NCBI GenBank assembly: GCA_000090985.2 | Contig: CP001576.1 | Location: forward strand, 1,016,155-1,048,154 | Reading direction: 5' to 3' | DNA: 32,000 bases | Source: Micromonas sp. | Lineage: Eukaryota | Shown here: positions 8,373-17,713 of the stretch, one piece after another | How positions within the stretch are numbered: the first letter of the stretch is position 1 | How the letters are laid out: every line of letters begins with the position of its first letter | The notes under the pieces: generated by a model | What the model was told of the DNA's origin: nothing | Seen by the model: only the letters and a program-made list of their open reading frames with translations | Databases searched by the model: none | Program-made: the position numbers and the translations under genes

Positions 8373-10724
8373 TCAGCACATCGCCTTGACGCCCTCCACG
8401 AGGTCCGCGGCGCGCTTCACCATCGCCCGCTCCATCTCCGTCGCGTACGGCACCGGCGCGTCCTCCATGCACAGCCTGGACACCGGCGCGTCGAGCTCGT
8501 CAAACATCGTCTCGGCAACCAAGGCGGACATGGTGGCGCCCACGCCGCCGGAGCGCGTGGACTCGTCGAGGATGCACAGCTTGTGCGTGCGCTGCAGGGA
8601 CGCACGGATGGTGTCGGCGTCGAAGGGCTTGAGGCAGGTGAGCTCGACGAGGTCGCAGTCGTAGCCCTCCGCGTTGAGCTGATCAATGGCGTCCTCAGCC
8701 TCCTTGGTGCCGTGGAGGTAGGTGAGGACGGTGACGGCTTTGCCGGCGTCGATGGCCGCCTGGGACGCGTGCCTGTGCACGGTCGCCTTGTGCAGGGGGA
8801 GGAAGTTGTCCACCTGGCACGGGCCGCGGGTTTTCATGAGCTTCACCGGGAGTAAGAGGACGCCGGGGCTGTTATCGCGGATCATGGACTTGGCCAGACC
8901 GTACGCCTCGTGGGGCTTGGACGCGGTGCAAATCTTGAGACCCGGGATGCCCATGATGTACGCGTGGAACGGCTGGGAGTGCTCGGCGCCGAGGGACTGG
9001 TTCGGGGCGGTGCCGCCGGCGCCGATGATGGTCATCGGCATCTCGAACTGGCCGCCGGTGGTGGCGAAGGTGTTGCCCGCGGAGGACAGCTCCGCGATGC
9101 CGTAGATGCCAAAGTTGGCGTTCATGAGCTCGACGATGGGGCGGTAGCCGTTCATGGCCTCGCCGAGCGCCTTGCCGATGAAGTGGCCCTCGTCGATGAT
9201 CTCGTCCGCGGCGCGTAGGGTGCCGAACGCCTGCTGGGTGTTCGCCGGCACGTTGTAGGAGGAGCCTGCCTGAAGGTCCTCCGCGTGCGCCGTCGTGGTG
9301 GGATCCCTGAGCATCTCCTCGAGGATGGCGAGGTTGACGGCGTCGCCGATGGAGATGCCAGCCTCGCTGCCGGCCATCGCGCGGAGGGCCTCGATGCGCG
9401 CCTTGAGCGCCGTGAGCGTCGCCTCGGGCACGATCCTCTTGGTGATCTCCTCCGCCGCGGCGAGACCCATGACGGGCTCGCGCTTGGAGTAGTCAACCGA
9501 GCCGGTGGGATCCGGGTACTCGAGCTGCGCCGCGAGGTCCTTCGGCGGCGGCGGCGACGCGTTGGCGAACTCGAGCGCCTTGCGTACCTCCTCCCTGGCC
9601 TTGGCGGTGCACGCGGCGAGGTCGACGCGGGCGGCGTCCGCGGATTCCTCGAAGATCTTGATCGGGTCGCACGCCGCCCGCGCCCATCGCTTCTCGTCCT
9701 TGCGGTTGCGCTCGTGCTCGGGATCCGCGGGGGAGTGGCCGTTGAACCTGAACGTGTGCACCTGGAGGATGGCGGGACCCTTGGTGCGAACGTGCTGGAT
9801 GGCGGCGCGGCCGATGCGCATGGTGTCCTGGACGTTTTGGCCGTCGGCGAGGACGCCGGGGATGCCGTAGTGCTTACCCTGGTTGAAAACCTCCTGGTTG
9901 GTGGCGACGTCCTTGGTGAAGGTGTTGATGGCGCGGCCGTTGTCGATGACGACGAAGAGGATGGGGAGGTTCTCCTTGGCGGCGGCGTTGAGGCACTCGG
10001 CCATCCGCCCGTTCTGCGCGCCGCCCTCGCCCACGAACACCACCGCGATGCGATCCTCCGCCTCCCCCGTGCCCAGGTGCTTGTCCAGCGCGATGGACCG
10101 CGCGGCGCCCACGGCGTACGGCAGCTGCTCGGCGACGAGCGCCCACCCGCCCTGGAAGTTGGTCTCCATGTCGTAGATGTGCATGCTCCCGCCCGTGCCG
10201 CGGCACGTGCCGCCGTCGCGGCCGAACAGCTCCGCCATGACGGCGCCCGCGTCGACGCCGCACGCGAGCGCGTGGCAGTGATCGCGGTAGTACGAGTGCT
10301 TCAAGTCCGTCTTGCGGATGGCGTTGCCGAGTAAGGCCGGGATGGACTCCTGGCCGTTGTCGAGGTGCATGAAGCCGCGGATCTTGCCCGCCATGTACGC
10401 CTGGTTGCACTCGTTCTCGAAGTCGCGGCAGAGCTGCATCATGGTGTACGCCTCGGAGATCTCCTCGTCGGAGAGGGCGCCGGCCTCGGCGATCTCGGCG
10501 TCGGACATGCCGAACTCGGACTTGAGCACCGGCTGGGCCTCCTCCCACGGGGTGAGGATGCGGAGGCGCTCGAGGTTGGGCGGGGCCTCGATCGTCTTGG
10601 TCTTGGTGGTGGAGGCGCGGCGAATCACGGAGGAGCGGGACTGCTTCTTGGCGTTGTTAGTGCGCCTGTGGAGGTTGGAGCCCGCCCTGACGGCGGGCAT
10701 CGCGGCGGATGCCGTGGCGGACAT
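8373..10724 (-). CDS. Pyruvate/2-oxoacid dehydrogenase E1 component, alpha and beta subunits fused in one polypeptide (783 aa)
   Basis: ATG at 10724. The alpha part contains GKIRGFMHLDNGQESIPALL, YRDHCHALACGVDAGAVMAELFGR..GTCRGTGGSMHIYD, and VFVGEGGAQNGRMAECLNAAAKENLPILFVVIDNGRAINT. The beta part contains IDEGHFIGKALGEAMNGYRPIVELMNANF, GAEHSQPFHAYIMGIPGLKI, and the C-terminal VTVLTYLHGTKEAEDAIDQLNAEGYDCDLVELTCLKPFD. The N-terminus (MSATASAAMPAVRAGSNLHRR..) looks like an organelle transit peptide. Confidence 0.9.
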   Translation of the reverse strand: MSATASAAMPAVRAGSNLHRRTNNAKKQSRSSVIRRASTTKTKTIEAPPNLERLRILTPWEEAQPVLKSEFGMSDAEIAEAGALSDEEISEAYTMMQLCRDFENECNQAYMAGKIRGFMHLDNGQESIPALLGNAIRKTDLKHSYYRDHCHALACGVDAGAVMAELFGRDGGTCRGTGGSMHIYDMETNFQGGWALVAEQLPYAVGAARSIALDKHLGTGEAEDRIAVVFVGEGGAQNGRMAECLNAAAKENLPILFVVIDNGRAINTFTKDVATNQEVFNQGKHYGIPGVLADGQNVQDTMRIGRAAIQHVRTKGPAILQVHTFRFNGHSPADPEHERNRKDEKRWARAACDPIKIFEESADAARVDLAACTAKAREEVRKALEFANASPPPPKDLAAQLEYPDPTGSVDYSKREPVMGLAAAEEITKRIVPEATLTALKARIEALRAMAGSEAGISIGDAVNLAILEEMLRDPTTTAHAEDLQAGSSYNVPANTQQAFGTLRAADEIIDEGHFIGKALGEAMNGYRPIVELMNANFGIYGIAELSSAGNTFATTGGQFEMPMTIIGAGGTAPNQSLGAEHSQPFHAYIMGIPGLKICTASKPHEAYGLAKSMIRDNSPGVLLLPVKLMKTRGPCQVDNFLPLHKATVHRHASQAAIDAGKAVTVLTYLHGTKEAEDAIDQLNAEGYDCDLVELTCLKPFDADTIRASLQRTHKLCILDESTRSGGVGATMSALVAETMFDELDAPVSRLCMEDAPVPYATEMERAMVKRAADLVEGVKAMC

Positions 10725-11347
10725 CTGCTCGATGTGACTGAGGACCTGCGCGGATCGATCGGGCGGGCATCGCGTCGGTCAGCGGATGCGTGGCACGGCG
10801 GGGAGGCGACCGATCGGCGCGCGCGGAAAAATTCACGGAAAAAGAGCGTCCAGGGCCTCACAAACGAGGGGTCGCGCGGGGAGATCGGAAGGCGCGCGCG
10901 TGGACGCCTCGAGGGCGGCGCACGCGCCGCGGTGGACGGCGGATCGATCGGGGGCGAGGGGAAGGATGTCGAGGGACGGCGCTCACCTCGGGTACGAACG
11001 GCTGCGTCCGTGAAAGTGGCACGCGAGGCGCGGGGGGCGGGGCGCCATTTTCGCGAAGCAGAGCCCCGGCCGGCGAAACAGAGGCTGAGAAAACCTGCAG
11101 AAATTCTCAGCCAATCGGAACGCGGGATTTGTGGGCTTTTATCCAACCGACGCAGCAAAAAAAACAGAGGATTCACATCTAACTGTTTGCCCATTCACGG
11201 GATAAATAAATAGCGAAATACGCGCATCCGGACGAGCCGCCTAACTCGTGACGTGTTAAACGAGAGAACGCAGTTTTAGTTTTAGCGTCGCCAAAAATTG
11301 CCAATAAACTCAACTGCGCCGACGCCGCGCCCCCCGCTTGAACGACC

Positions 11348-12034
11348 TCACGTCCTGAGCGACGCGAACGAGTTCGACTCGACGATCCCCCAGCACACCC
11401 ACATCCACCACGCCGGAAACGCGATCCAGATCCCGTTGGCGACGCACACCACAGCCACGTACGCCCCGGACGTGCCCCTGTAATACCCCTGTAATACGTA
11501 GTTGCCAAAGTACAGCAAAGTGCCGTAGAGCATCTGCCAGTTGAACGTCATCCCGAGGGCGCCGATGAACCTCGGGGAGAGGGTGCCGAGCCCGTGCGGG
11601 AGCGCGTCCCACGTGGCGAACCACGAGAGCAGCAGCGTGGGCGCGACGGTGACCACGCCGTTGCCGCTGTCGATCCAAAACCCGAAGGATTTCTGATCGC
11701 TGTAGCTCGGGTCCAGCAGCGAGTAGGTGCTCCATATGACGCTCCAGTACTCGTACGACAGCGCCTGACGTAGGGTGATGTTCTCGAACAGGCAAAGCGG
11801 CGACGGGAAGTTCCTGTCGCCCACCTGCTTCTTGAACCTCAGGTACACCCGCCTGACCTTCGCCCGATGGATGAAGAGCGCGTTCTCCCACAGGCAGATG
11901 AGGAGGTTGACGGCGTTGAACAGCGTCAGCGCGCAGTGGGTGACGCTCACCACGCCGTGGATCTCCCTGTGGTGCCACACGAAGGGTAGCCACGCGGCAC
12001 ACACGAAAGCGCAGGTGTAAAAAAAAGCGAGCAT
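11348..12034 (-). CDS. Multi-pass membrane protein of unknown function (about 228 aa; possible remote EXPERA/EBP-TMEM97-like, not asserted)
   Basis: The first ATG is at 12034 (MLAFFYTCAFVCAAWLPFVWHH...); the ORF-track start at 12181 is a GTG. There are several hydrophobic stretches rich in Trp/Phe/Tyr and no low-complexity Arg/Pro runs, unlike the overlapping alternative-frame ORFs. The segment WSTYSLLDPSYSDQ only faintly recalls EXPERA motifs. Confidence 0.55.
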   Translation of the reverse strand: MLAFFYTCAFVCAAWLPFVWHHREIHGVVSVTHCALTLFNAVNLLICLWENALFIHRAKVRRVYLRFKKQVGDRNFPSPLCLFENITLRQALSYEYWSVIWSTYSLLDPSYSDQKSFGFWIDSGNGVVTVAPTLLLSWFATWDALPHGLGTLSPRFIGALGMTFNWQMLYGTLLYFGNYVLQGYYRGTSGAYVAVVCVANGIWIAFPAWWMWVCWGIVESNSFASLRT

Positions 12035-12562
12035 GGCGTCGCGCGCGCGCGCCCGCCGCACTGGCCGGGGCTCCGAGTTTCGGGCGCAACGAACACCTGG
12101 TGCCCACCTCCCGTCACCACCCGACCGAGACTTGGCTGTCTTGTCACGGGGACGATTGGAAGCCGGCCGGTCGAATTTCACCGTCGATTGCTTTCGGGCG
12201 TTTGGGCGCTTGAAAGGGAGACGAATCGGTCGGTTCCCCTCGCTTCACCGCGAAATGACGTGGCCCGACGGTTCAAGCCGTTTTCCGAGAATATCTGCGG
12301 AACTATCTACACGAAGCGCCCCCGCGCCTCCCCACACGCGCGACGCGCACGCGTCTGCGGCGCCGCGGTACTGACTTCCGCGCGATCGCCCCCCGCGCGA
12401 ACGAACACGCCGCACGCCGCCTCTCGCGACCCGCGAACCCCGCCACCCCGCGGCGCGCGCGCTCCACCGCCCGCGGCTCGCCCTCGCCCCGTCGTCGTCG
12501 TCGCCCGGGGAATCCGGTGTTAGCCTTTCAAGATCGCGCTCAACGACGACCCGTTCGCCGCG
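12035..12562. promoter_or_regulatory. Putative bidirectional promoter region (membrane protein gene minus / TALE homeobox gene plus)
   Basis: Head-to-head arrangement. The call rests on position only. Confidence 0.3.
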
Positions 12563-15006
12563 ATGGCGGGCGCTTTCCCTCCCGGGTCGCTCGTCGACCC
12601 CATGTCCCACGACGACGACTACGGCGGCGCCACCGTCGCGACGATCACGTTCGACGACCACGGCGCGTTCGGCGTCGAACTCAAGGCGTCCCAAGGCCGC
12701 GCCGGTTGGAAAACCTCGGGGCTGGATACGTTACTGGCGCCCTCGGCCATCCCCGCCCACGGCGCGCCCTTCGACGCGACGGCGCCGGCGGTGCCCCTCG
12801 CGGACGCCCACGACATCGTCCCCGAGCGGTATCGAATCCGCGACGTCACGCACCACGCCCTCGACGACCTCGAACTCTTCCACCGCGCCGTCGACGGCGA
12901 CGACGACACCTGGGACGTCCTCCTCGGCGCCTTCGAGGAGCACTGCCTGGAGCGAGGACACCGCGCGAATGCGAATGCCGATCTCCTCGACGCCCGTCGC
13001 GACGACGCCGCCGCGGACGACCATCACCCGGACCCCGCGGACCCGACACCCCCACGACGACCGAGGGCGTCCACGTCCAAGAGCACCTCGGGGGATGAAC
13101 GCGTCCGGAGGCCCGAGGAGGCTGAGGGTACCACAGGACAAATGCTCTCCGTCGATCGACGATGCTCCGACGACGACGGGTCCAACGGCTCGACCAATCG
13201 CACCACCGTTCGCCAATCGCCGTCGCACGCGGATCTCGACGAGGCGGTCCGCAGGTGGTCCGTCGGGGAAGGCGACGGCGACGGTGGCAACCGCGGAAGC
13301 CGCGACGGCGGGGGCTGGTACGAGAGTCTCCACCCCGCCGCCGACGCCGACCACCAAACGTACCGTAATACGTTTACGTGCGCCTTCGACGACGACGCCT
13401 ATCCCTTCGCGTGCGCGACCGACCCATCGACGCACCAAGCGACGCGTCGCATCGCCCACGCACCTCTCGAGCACGACGACGACGACGACGACGACGCGAG
13501 CCCGCCCCGGCTGATCGCGACCGCCGGAACTAGCGCGGCGGGGCACGCGTCGCACGTGCTCCGGTCGCTCATCTTCGGCAAAGGCGAGCTCCGGCGCGGG
13601 AAAACCAAAACCGCGGATAGGAGCAAAAAGGTCCGGAGAAAGCCGGCGGGGTGCGGACGCGCCAAGCGGACGCGAAGCGGGTTTTCGGCGAAGGACGCGG
13701 CGAATGACGACGTGAATGGCGTCGGCGTCGGCGTCGCTCGGGGACGTCTCGCGGACGGCGACGACGACGACGACGCGAATGAGGAGGAGGAGGACGCGGC
13801 GGGGACGTTCGCCGCGAGAAATCCGACGCGATGGGTCGCGAGCGAATCCGCCGCCGCCACGTCGGACGCGGTCGACGCTGACGTGTCAGCCGCGATCCAC
13901 GCCGCCACGCAGTCCGGGGCTAAGTCAGGGACGATCGCGGCGATGACGCGCGCGCTGAGCTCGCTCAGGAACGGCATCGCGGATGAGCTCGTCACCCTCT
14001 CGCACACGGAGGTGCGCGTCTCCCGAAACTTTCCAATTTTCTCCTCTTCTCTTTGCCTTCTTCTTCTTCGTTCGTCGGCTGACCCCGCGCGCCCTTTACC
14101 CACCCATCATCTTAACAGGCGAGGACGGTGAGCGCGGCGATGGCCGCGGACGCCCGCGCCGGCCGCGTCAACCACCGCGGCCTCCTCTTCGACGACGCGG
14201 ACACCGCACACTCTTCGGGTCTCTCCGAACCCGGACGATCGATCGAACTCTTCGTCGGGAACTCTTCCTCCGCCGTCGCGCTCCGCTTCCGCGAGTGCCG
14301 CTTCCGCATCCTCCGTCAGTTCAACCGCGACGCGATGCGGTGCCTCGTCGCGCACTGCGGCGTCGACGCCGCTCGCGAGTGGGACACCGGCGACGTCGTC
14401 GACCCCAGAGTGTTCAACGATTCGGAAGGTTCCGTCCTCGAGCGCCCCCCTCGCGCGCCGCTTCGGTTGGACCAAAACTTCCTCCCTCCCGATCATCAGG
14501 GCGCCGGCGAGGAGACCACCGCCGATCGACTGTGCCGGACACACTCGCAGACGCTCACGCAGCTCGCGAGGGACGCGCCGGCATCGCTCAAGGCGTCGTC
14601 CGGCCTTCTCGCTCGCAAGCAACTCCTCCTCGGCGGAAGCGACCTCGGCCGGGAACTCCGAGCGGAGTCGTCGAGCCCGCGCCGGACGAAGAAGAAGGTC
14701 GCCGGATCGAATCCCACGCAACGCTCGCGCGCCAACCTCACCGCGCGGAAGCAGCACAGCGGCGAGGCCACCGAGGTGCTCGAGCGCTGGTTCTGGGACA
14801 ACTTTTACCCCACGGAGCAGCGGCCGAAGCCCGTGCCGACGCGGGAGGAGAAGCGAGCGCTCGCCACCGCCACCGGACTTTCGGAGAGGCAGGTTGCGGA
14901 TTGGTTCGTCAACGCGCGCGCGCGGAAGTGGAAGCCCCGGATGGAGCAGATCATGAGGGAGGTTTGCGGCGAGGTCGGGGAGGAGGGCGTGGAGGGCGGC
15001 GCGTGA
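12563..15006 (+). CDS. TALE-class homeobox protein (BELL/MEIS-like WFxNAR type), 2 exons: join(12563..14011,14119..15006)
   Basis: Homeodomain RKQHSGEATEVLERWFWDNFYPTEQRPKPVPTREEKRALATATGLSERQVADWFVNARARKWKP. The two ORF-track ORFs (12563..14131 and 14128..15006) join through a 107-nt phase-0 intron: ACG GAG|GTGCGC ... pyrimidine-rich tract ... cttaacag|GCG AGG. A TAA at 14113-14115 in the downstream frame sits just before the acceptor. Confidence 0.75.
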
Positions 15007-15173
15007 TGGGATCGCTGCGGACGCCGCGATGTACATAGTCTACACCACCTATTTTTATGATGACTTATTATTTTTTCCAGCGAGGACACGACGCTCGTAA
15101 AGGCTGATCTGGTTCTCGGCGCGCCTCACCTCGTCAGTGTCGGGCACGCGCGCGTCCGACCTCGCGGGTTGGG

Positions 15174-17351
15174 ATGGCGGGGGAGAAGCCGGGGTTCGAG
15201 TGGAACGTCCCGGAGGATCGTGACGCGGACGCGGCGGCGAGAGCCGCGCGGATGGACCCCCCCGCGCCGCGCCCGCCCGAGACTGTGATTCACGAGGGCG
15301 AAGATGCCGCTCGGGTAATCTACGGCGAGGTGTGCGCCATCTGCCGCGACGACGTCACGCGCCGCGGTCGCATCGACGCGTGCGACCACCTCTTCTGTCT
15401 CCCGTGCATCAAGCGATGGGCCAAGATCGAGACCAAGTGCCCGCTGTGCAAGGCGCGCTTCTCGTTCATCCAACCCGAGGATCTGGTCCCTCCGGATCCG
15501 GAGTCGAGGCCCTCCACGCGCGGCGCCCGGGCGGGCGGCCCCCAAAAGGAGCTCAAGCGCATATACCTCCCGCACAGGGACCAGATATACGAGGGCGACG
15601 GCGAGTTACCCGACGGGATGGACATCGAGGAGGTCCTGTGCGGGCGGTGCGGCGACGGCGGCGACGAGGACAAGCTCATGCTCTGCGACGGGTGCGACCA
15701 GGGATACCACTGCTACTGCGTCGGCCTGGACTCCGTGCCGATGGACGAGTGGCGCTGCGCCATCTGCGCCGTCGAGGACGAGGATGACGACGACGGGAAC
15801 GTCACGACGGATCATCTTCATGAAACGGCTGAAGACGAATCGACGCGAAGGGACGAGGCCATGGCTCGTTCGTTGCAGAGAGCCGAGGACGCGGCGGCGG
15901 CGCGAGCGGAACGGGACGAGCTCGTCGCCGCCGCGAGGGAACGGGCGGCGATGCTTCGTAACGCACGGCGTAACGCACGACGGGGGGGGCGTGACGGCGA
16001 GACAGTCGTCCGCGTGCGCACGGTGGGAGCCCATCGCAGGGCGCGCGAGCGACGCGAGGAGGACGAGGAGGACGAGGAGGACGAGGAGGGTTCGCCGGCG
16101 TGGGCGAGCGCTATTCGACCCGCGCGGGGATCGAACCCACGACCGCGTAGACCGCCGCCGGCCGTGCCGTACCGTCCCCCCGGCGAGGACGCTAGGCGCC
16201 GGACGCAGATCGCGCGCGTCGCGGAGCTTCGGCGGCTGTGGGAGCGGTACAGGACGGGCGCAATCGCGTTCGACGGCGGCGACGGTACGGAAGCCCCGAA
16301 CGCATCGAACGACGTAACGCACGGCGTAACGCACGACGTTTACCCACCCGACGACGCGCGACGCCCTTTCGAGACGGGGGTGGACGATTGGGAGCTCGCG
16401 CGAGCCGCGACGGGGCTCCGAGATGGCGCCGATACCGTCCAAACGTTTGAACCGGCGTCGACTCTGACTGCGACCATCGGTGCGGGGGAACCGAGGAGGG
16501 AGCTCAAGCGACCGGCGTCGAGGAGGGAGCGAGGCGCGCCCGTCCCGGCCGTCGGCGCGGGTGTCGCGGGTGTCGCGGGTGCCCGTCCTTCCCCGCCTCC
16601 GCCTCCGACGCGTCCGTCGATTCCCTCTTCGGAGTGGGTGAACCCGCCGCCGCCGCCGGACTCGGTGACTCATCGCCCGGTGACTCATCGCCCGGTTCGA
16701 CGAAGAGTAACGGACGTAAAAGTAACGGCCGCGAGCGGCGGTCGGCTTCCGCCGGGCATCTCGTTCTCGCCGCCCCGCCCACCCGCGTCGACGCGAACGA
16801 AACGCGGCGGATGGTCCGACGATTCCGACGACGAGGAACCGTCGGTACGAAAACGGCTCGAGGGTTCGATTCCCGCCGGCGTCGAATTCCACAAAAAATC
16901 GCTCCCCCCCCGGCTCCCCAGGCACGAGGTCCCCGCCACGTCCTTCGTTCCCCCCGGGGTGGTGAAGCACACCGAGCTATTGTCGGGGAGCGACCCGGCG
17001 GATGCGAAAAGACGAGAGCGAGAGACGGAGTCTGCGGCGATGAATTTCGGCGCAATGGATAAGAAGCGGGTGGCGGCTCGCGCCAGGCACTTCCTCCGCC
17101 CGGCTTGGACCTCGGGTAAAGTCAGAGGCAAGGACACGTTCAAGGAGTACGCGAAACGCGCGACGCAGGCGGGGTTCGCGGCGGCGTGCGCGTTGGCGAT
17201 CAAGACGAGATCGCGGCTGGCGGGGGCGTCGGAGGATGAGGTGCTGGCGGGGGCGGAGGCTCGCGCGCGAGAGATGAGCGCCGCGGTGGACAGGGCGGTG
17301 CGCGCGGCGCTTCGCAAGTTGGGGGTGGAGACGACAGAGGACGACGGGTGA
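15174..17351 (+). CDS. RING (C3HC4) + PHD finger protein, PHRF1-like
   Basis: RING: CAICRDDVTRRGRIDACDHLFCLPCIKRWAKIETKCPLC. PHD: CGRCGDGGDEDKLMLCDGCDQGYHCYCVGLDSVPMDEWRCAIC. The remainder is long and low-complexity. ATG at 15174. Confidence 0.85.
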   Translation: MAGEKPGFEWNVPEDRDADAAARAARMDPPAPRPPETVIHEGEDAARVIYGEVCAICRDDVTRRGRIDACDHLFCLPCIKRWAKIETKCPLCKARFSFIQPEDLVPPDPESRPSTRGARAGGPQKELKRIYLPHRDQIYEGDGELPDGMDIEEVLCGRCGDGGDEDKLMLCDGCDQGYHCYCVGLDSVPMDEWRCAICAVEDEDDDDGNVTTDHLHETAEDESTRRDEAMARSLQRAEDAAAARAERDELVAAARERAAMLRNARRNARRGGRDGETVVRVRTVGAHRRARERREEDEEDEEDEEGSPAWASAIRPARGSNPRPRRPPPAVPYRPPGEDARRRTQIARVAELRRLWERYRTGAIAFDGGDGTEAPNASNDVTHGVTHDVYPPDDARRPFETGVDDWELARAATGLRDGADTVQTFEPASTLTATIGAGEPRRELKRPASRRERGAPVPAVGAGVAGVAGARPSPPPPPTRPSIPSSEWVNPPPPPDSVTHRPVTHRPVRRRVTDVKVTAASGGRLPPGISFSPPRPPASTRTKRGGWSDDSDDEEPSVRKRLEGSIPAGVEFHKKSLPPRLPRHEVPATSFVPPGVVKHTELLSGSDPADAKRRERETESAAMNFGAMDKKRVAARARHFLRPAWTSGKVRGKDTFKEYAKRATQAGFAAACALAIKTRSRLAGASEDEVLAGAEARAREMSAAVDRAVRAALRKLGVETTEDDG
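15957..15982 (+). repeat. 26-nt repeat CGTAACGCACGGCGTAACGCACGACG, copy 1 (itself a 12-bp tandem doublet)
   Basis: Identical 26/26 to 16313-16338. Read here as RNARRNARR. Confidence 0.95.
16313..16338 (+). repeat. 26-nt repeat CGTAACGCACGGCGTAACGCACGACG, copy 2
   Basis: Offset from copy 1 by 356 nt (not a multiple of 3). Read here as VTHGVTHD. Confidence 0.95.
16663..16695. repeat. 15-bp tandem doublet of the same family (site C, inside RING-PHD CDS)
   Basis: CGGTGACTCATCGCC CGGTGACTCATCGCC CGG. Its reverse complement, GGGCGATGAGTCACC, matches site A (GGGCGATGACTCACC) except for the central base. Confidence 0.9.
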
Positions 17352-17477
17352 CTGGCTCGAGGGGTGGAGTAGCTCGATCAGGTTAGAGGTTGCAACGAGT
17401 GAAGTTCAACTTACGAGAGAAAACGACGGTTCGGTGTCATTGAACGGTGTACGCTACACTCGGAGCGTCGCGCTCGG

Positions 17478-17594
17478 GCTTGATGCCGCGACAATATCCG
17501 CGATGTACACTTACTTTACAGTTTGACTGCCGTCGAATGAACACGGCGAATATTCACTGTAAATGTAAGTGAGTGATGGATCGCGGCATCAGGC
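17478..17594. other. Long imperfect hairpin (inverted repeat) in the convergent intergenic region
   Basis: Outer stem 17478-17491 GCTTGATGCCGCGA pairs with 17581-17594 TCGCGGCATCAGGC (14 bp, one G-T). Inner stem 17508-17522 CACTTACTTTACAGT pairs with 17556-17571 ACTGTAAATGTAAGTG (15 bp, 1-nt bulge). The terminal loop is about 33 nt. Confidence 0.8.
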
Positions 17595-17644
17595 CTGAGC
17601 TCGACTCTCGCACCCGCCGCCGGCGGTGGGCCTCGTGAGCCAAA

Positions 17645-17713
17645 CCTCGCTCTTGCTTCCTCATCCGAAGCGACGACAGCTGACGCGCCCGATGAGAAAG
17701 CAAGAGCGAGAGG
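17645..17713. other. Second hairpin (about 21-bp inverted repeat, 25-nt loop) in the same intergenic region
   Basis: CCTCGCTCTTGCTTCCTCATC (17645-17665) pairs with GATGAGAAAGCAAGAGCGAGAGG (17691-17713). A GC palindrome, CCCGCCGCCGGCGGTGGG, lies at 17603-17620 between the two hairpins. Confidence 0.8.

Noticed and set aside
10625-11213. ORFs in the spacer upstream of the E1 fusion gene (10625..11194 minus, 10365..11213 plus, 10790..11182 plus).
   Set aside because: They are mutually overlapping, Arg/Gly/Pro-rich and have no motifs. The region is better explained as promoter and leader of the E1 gene.
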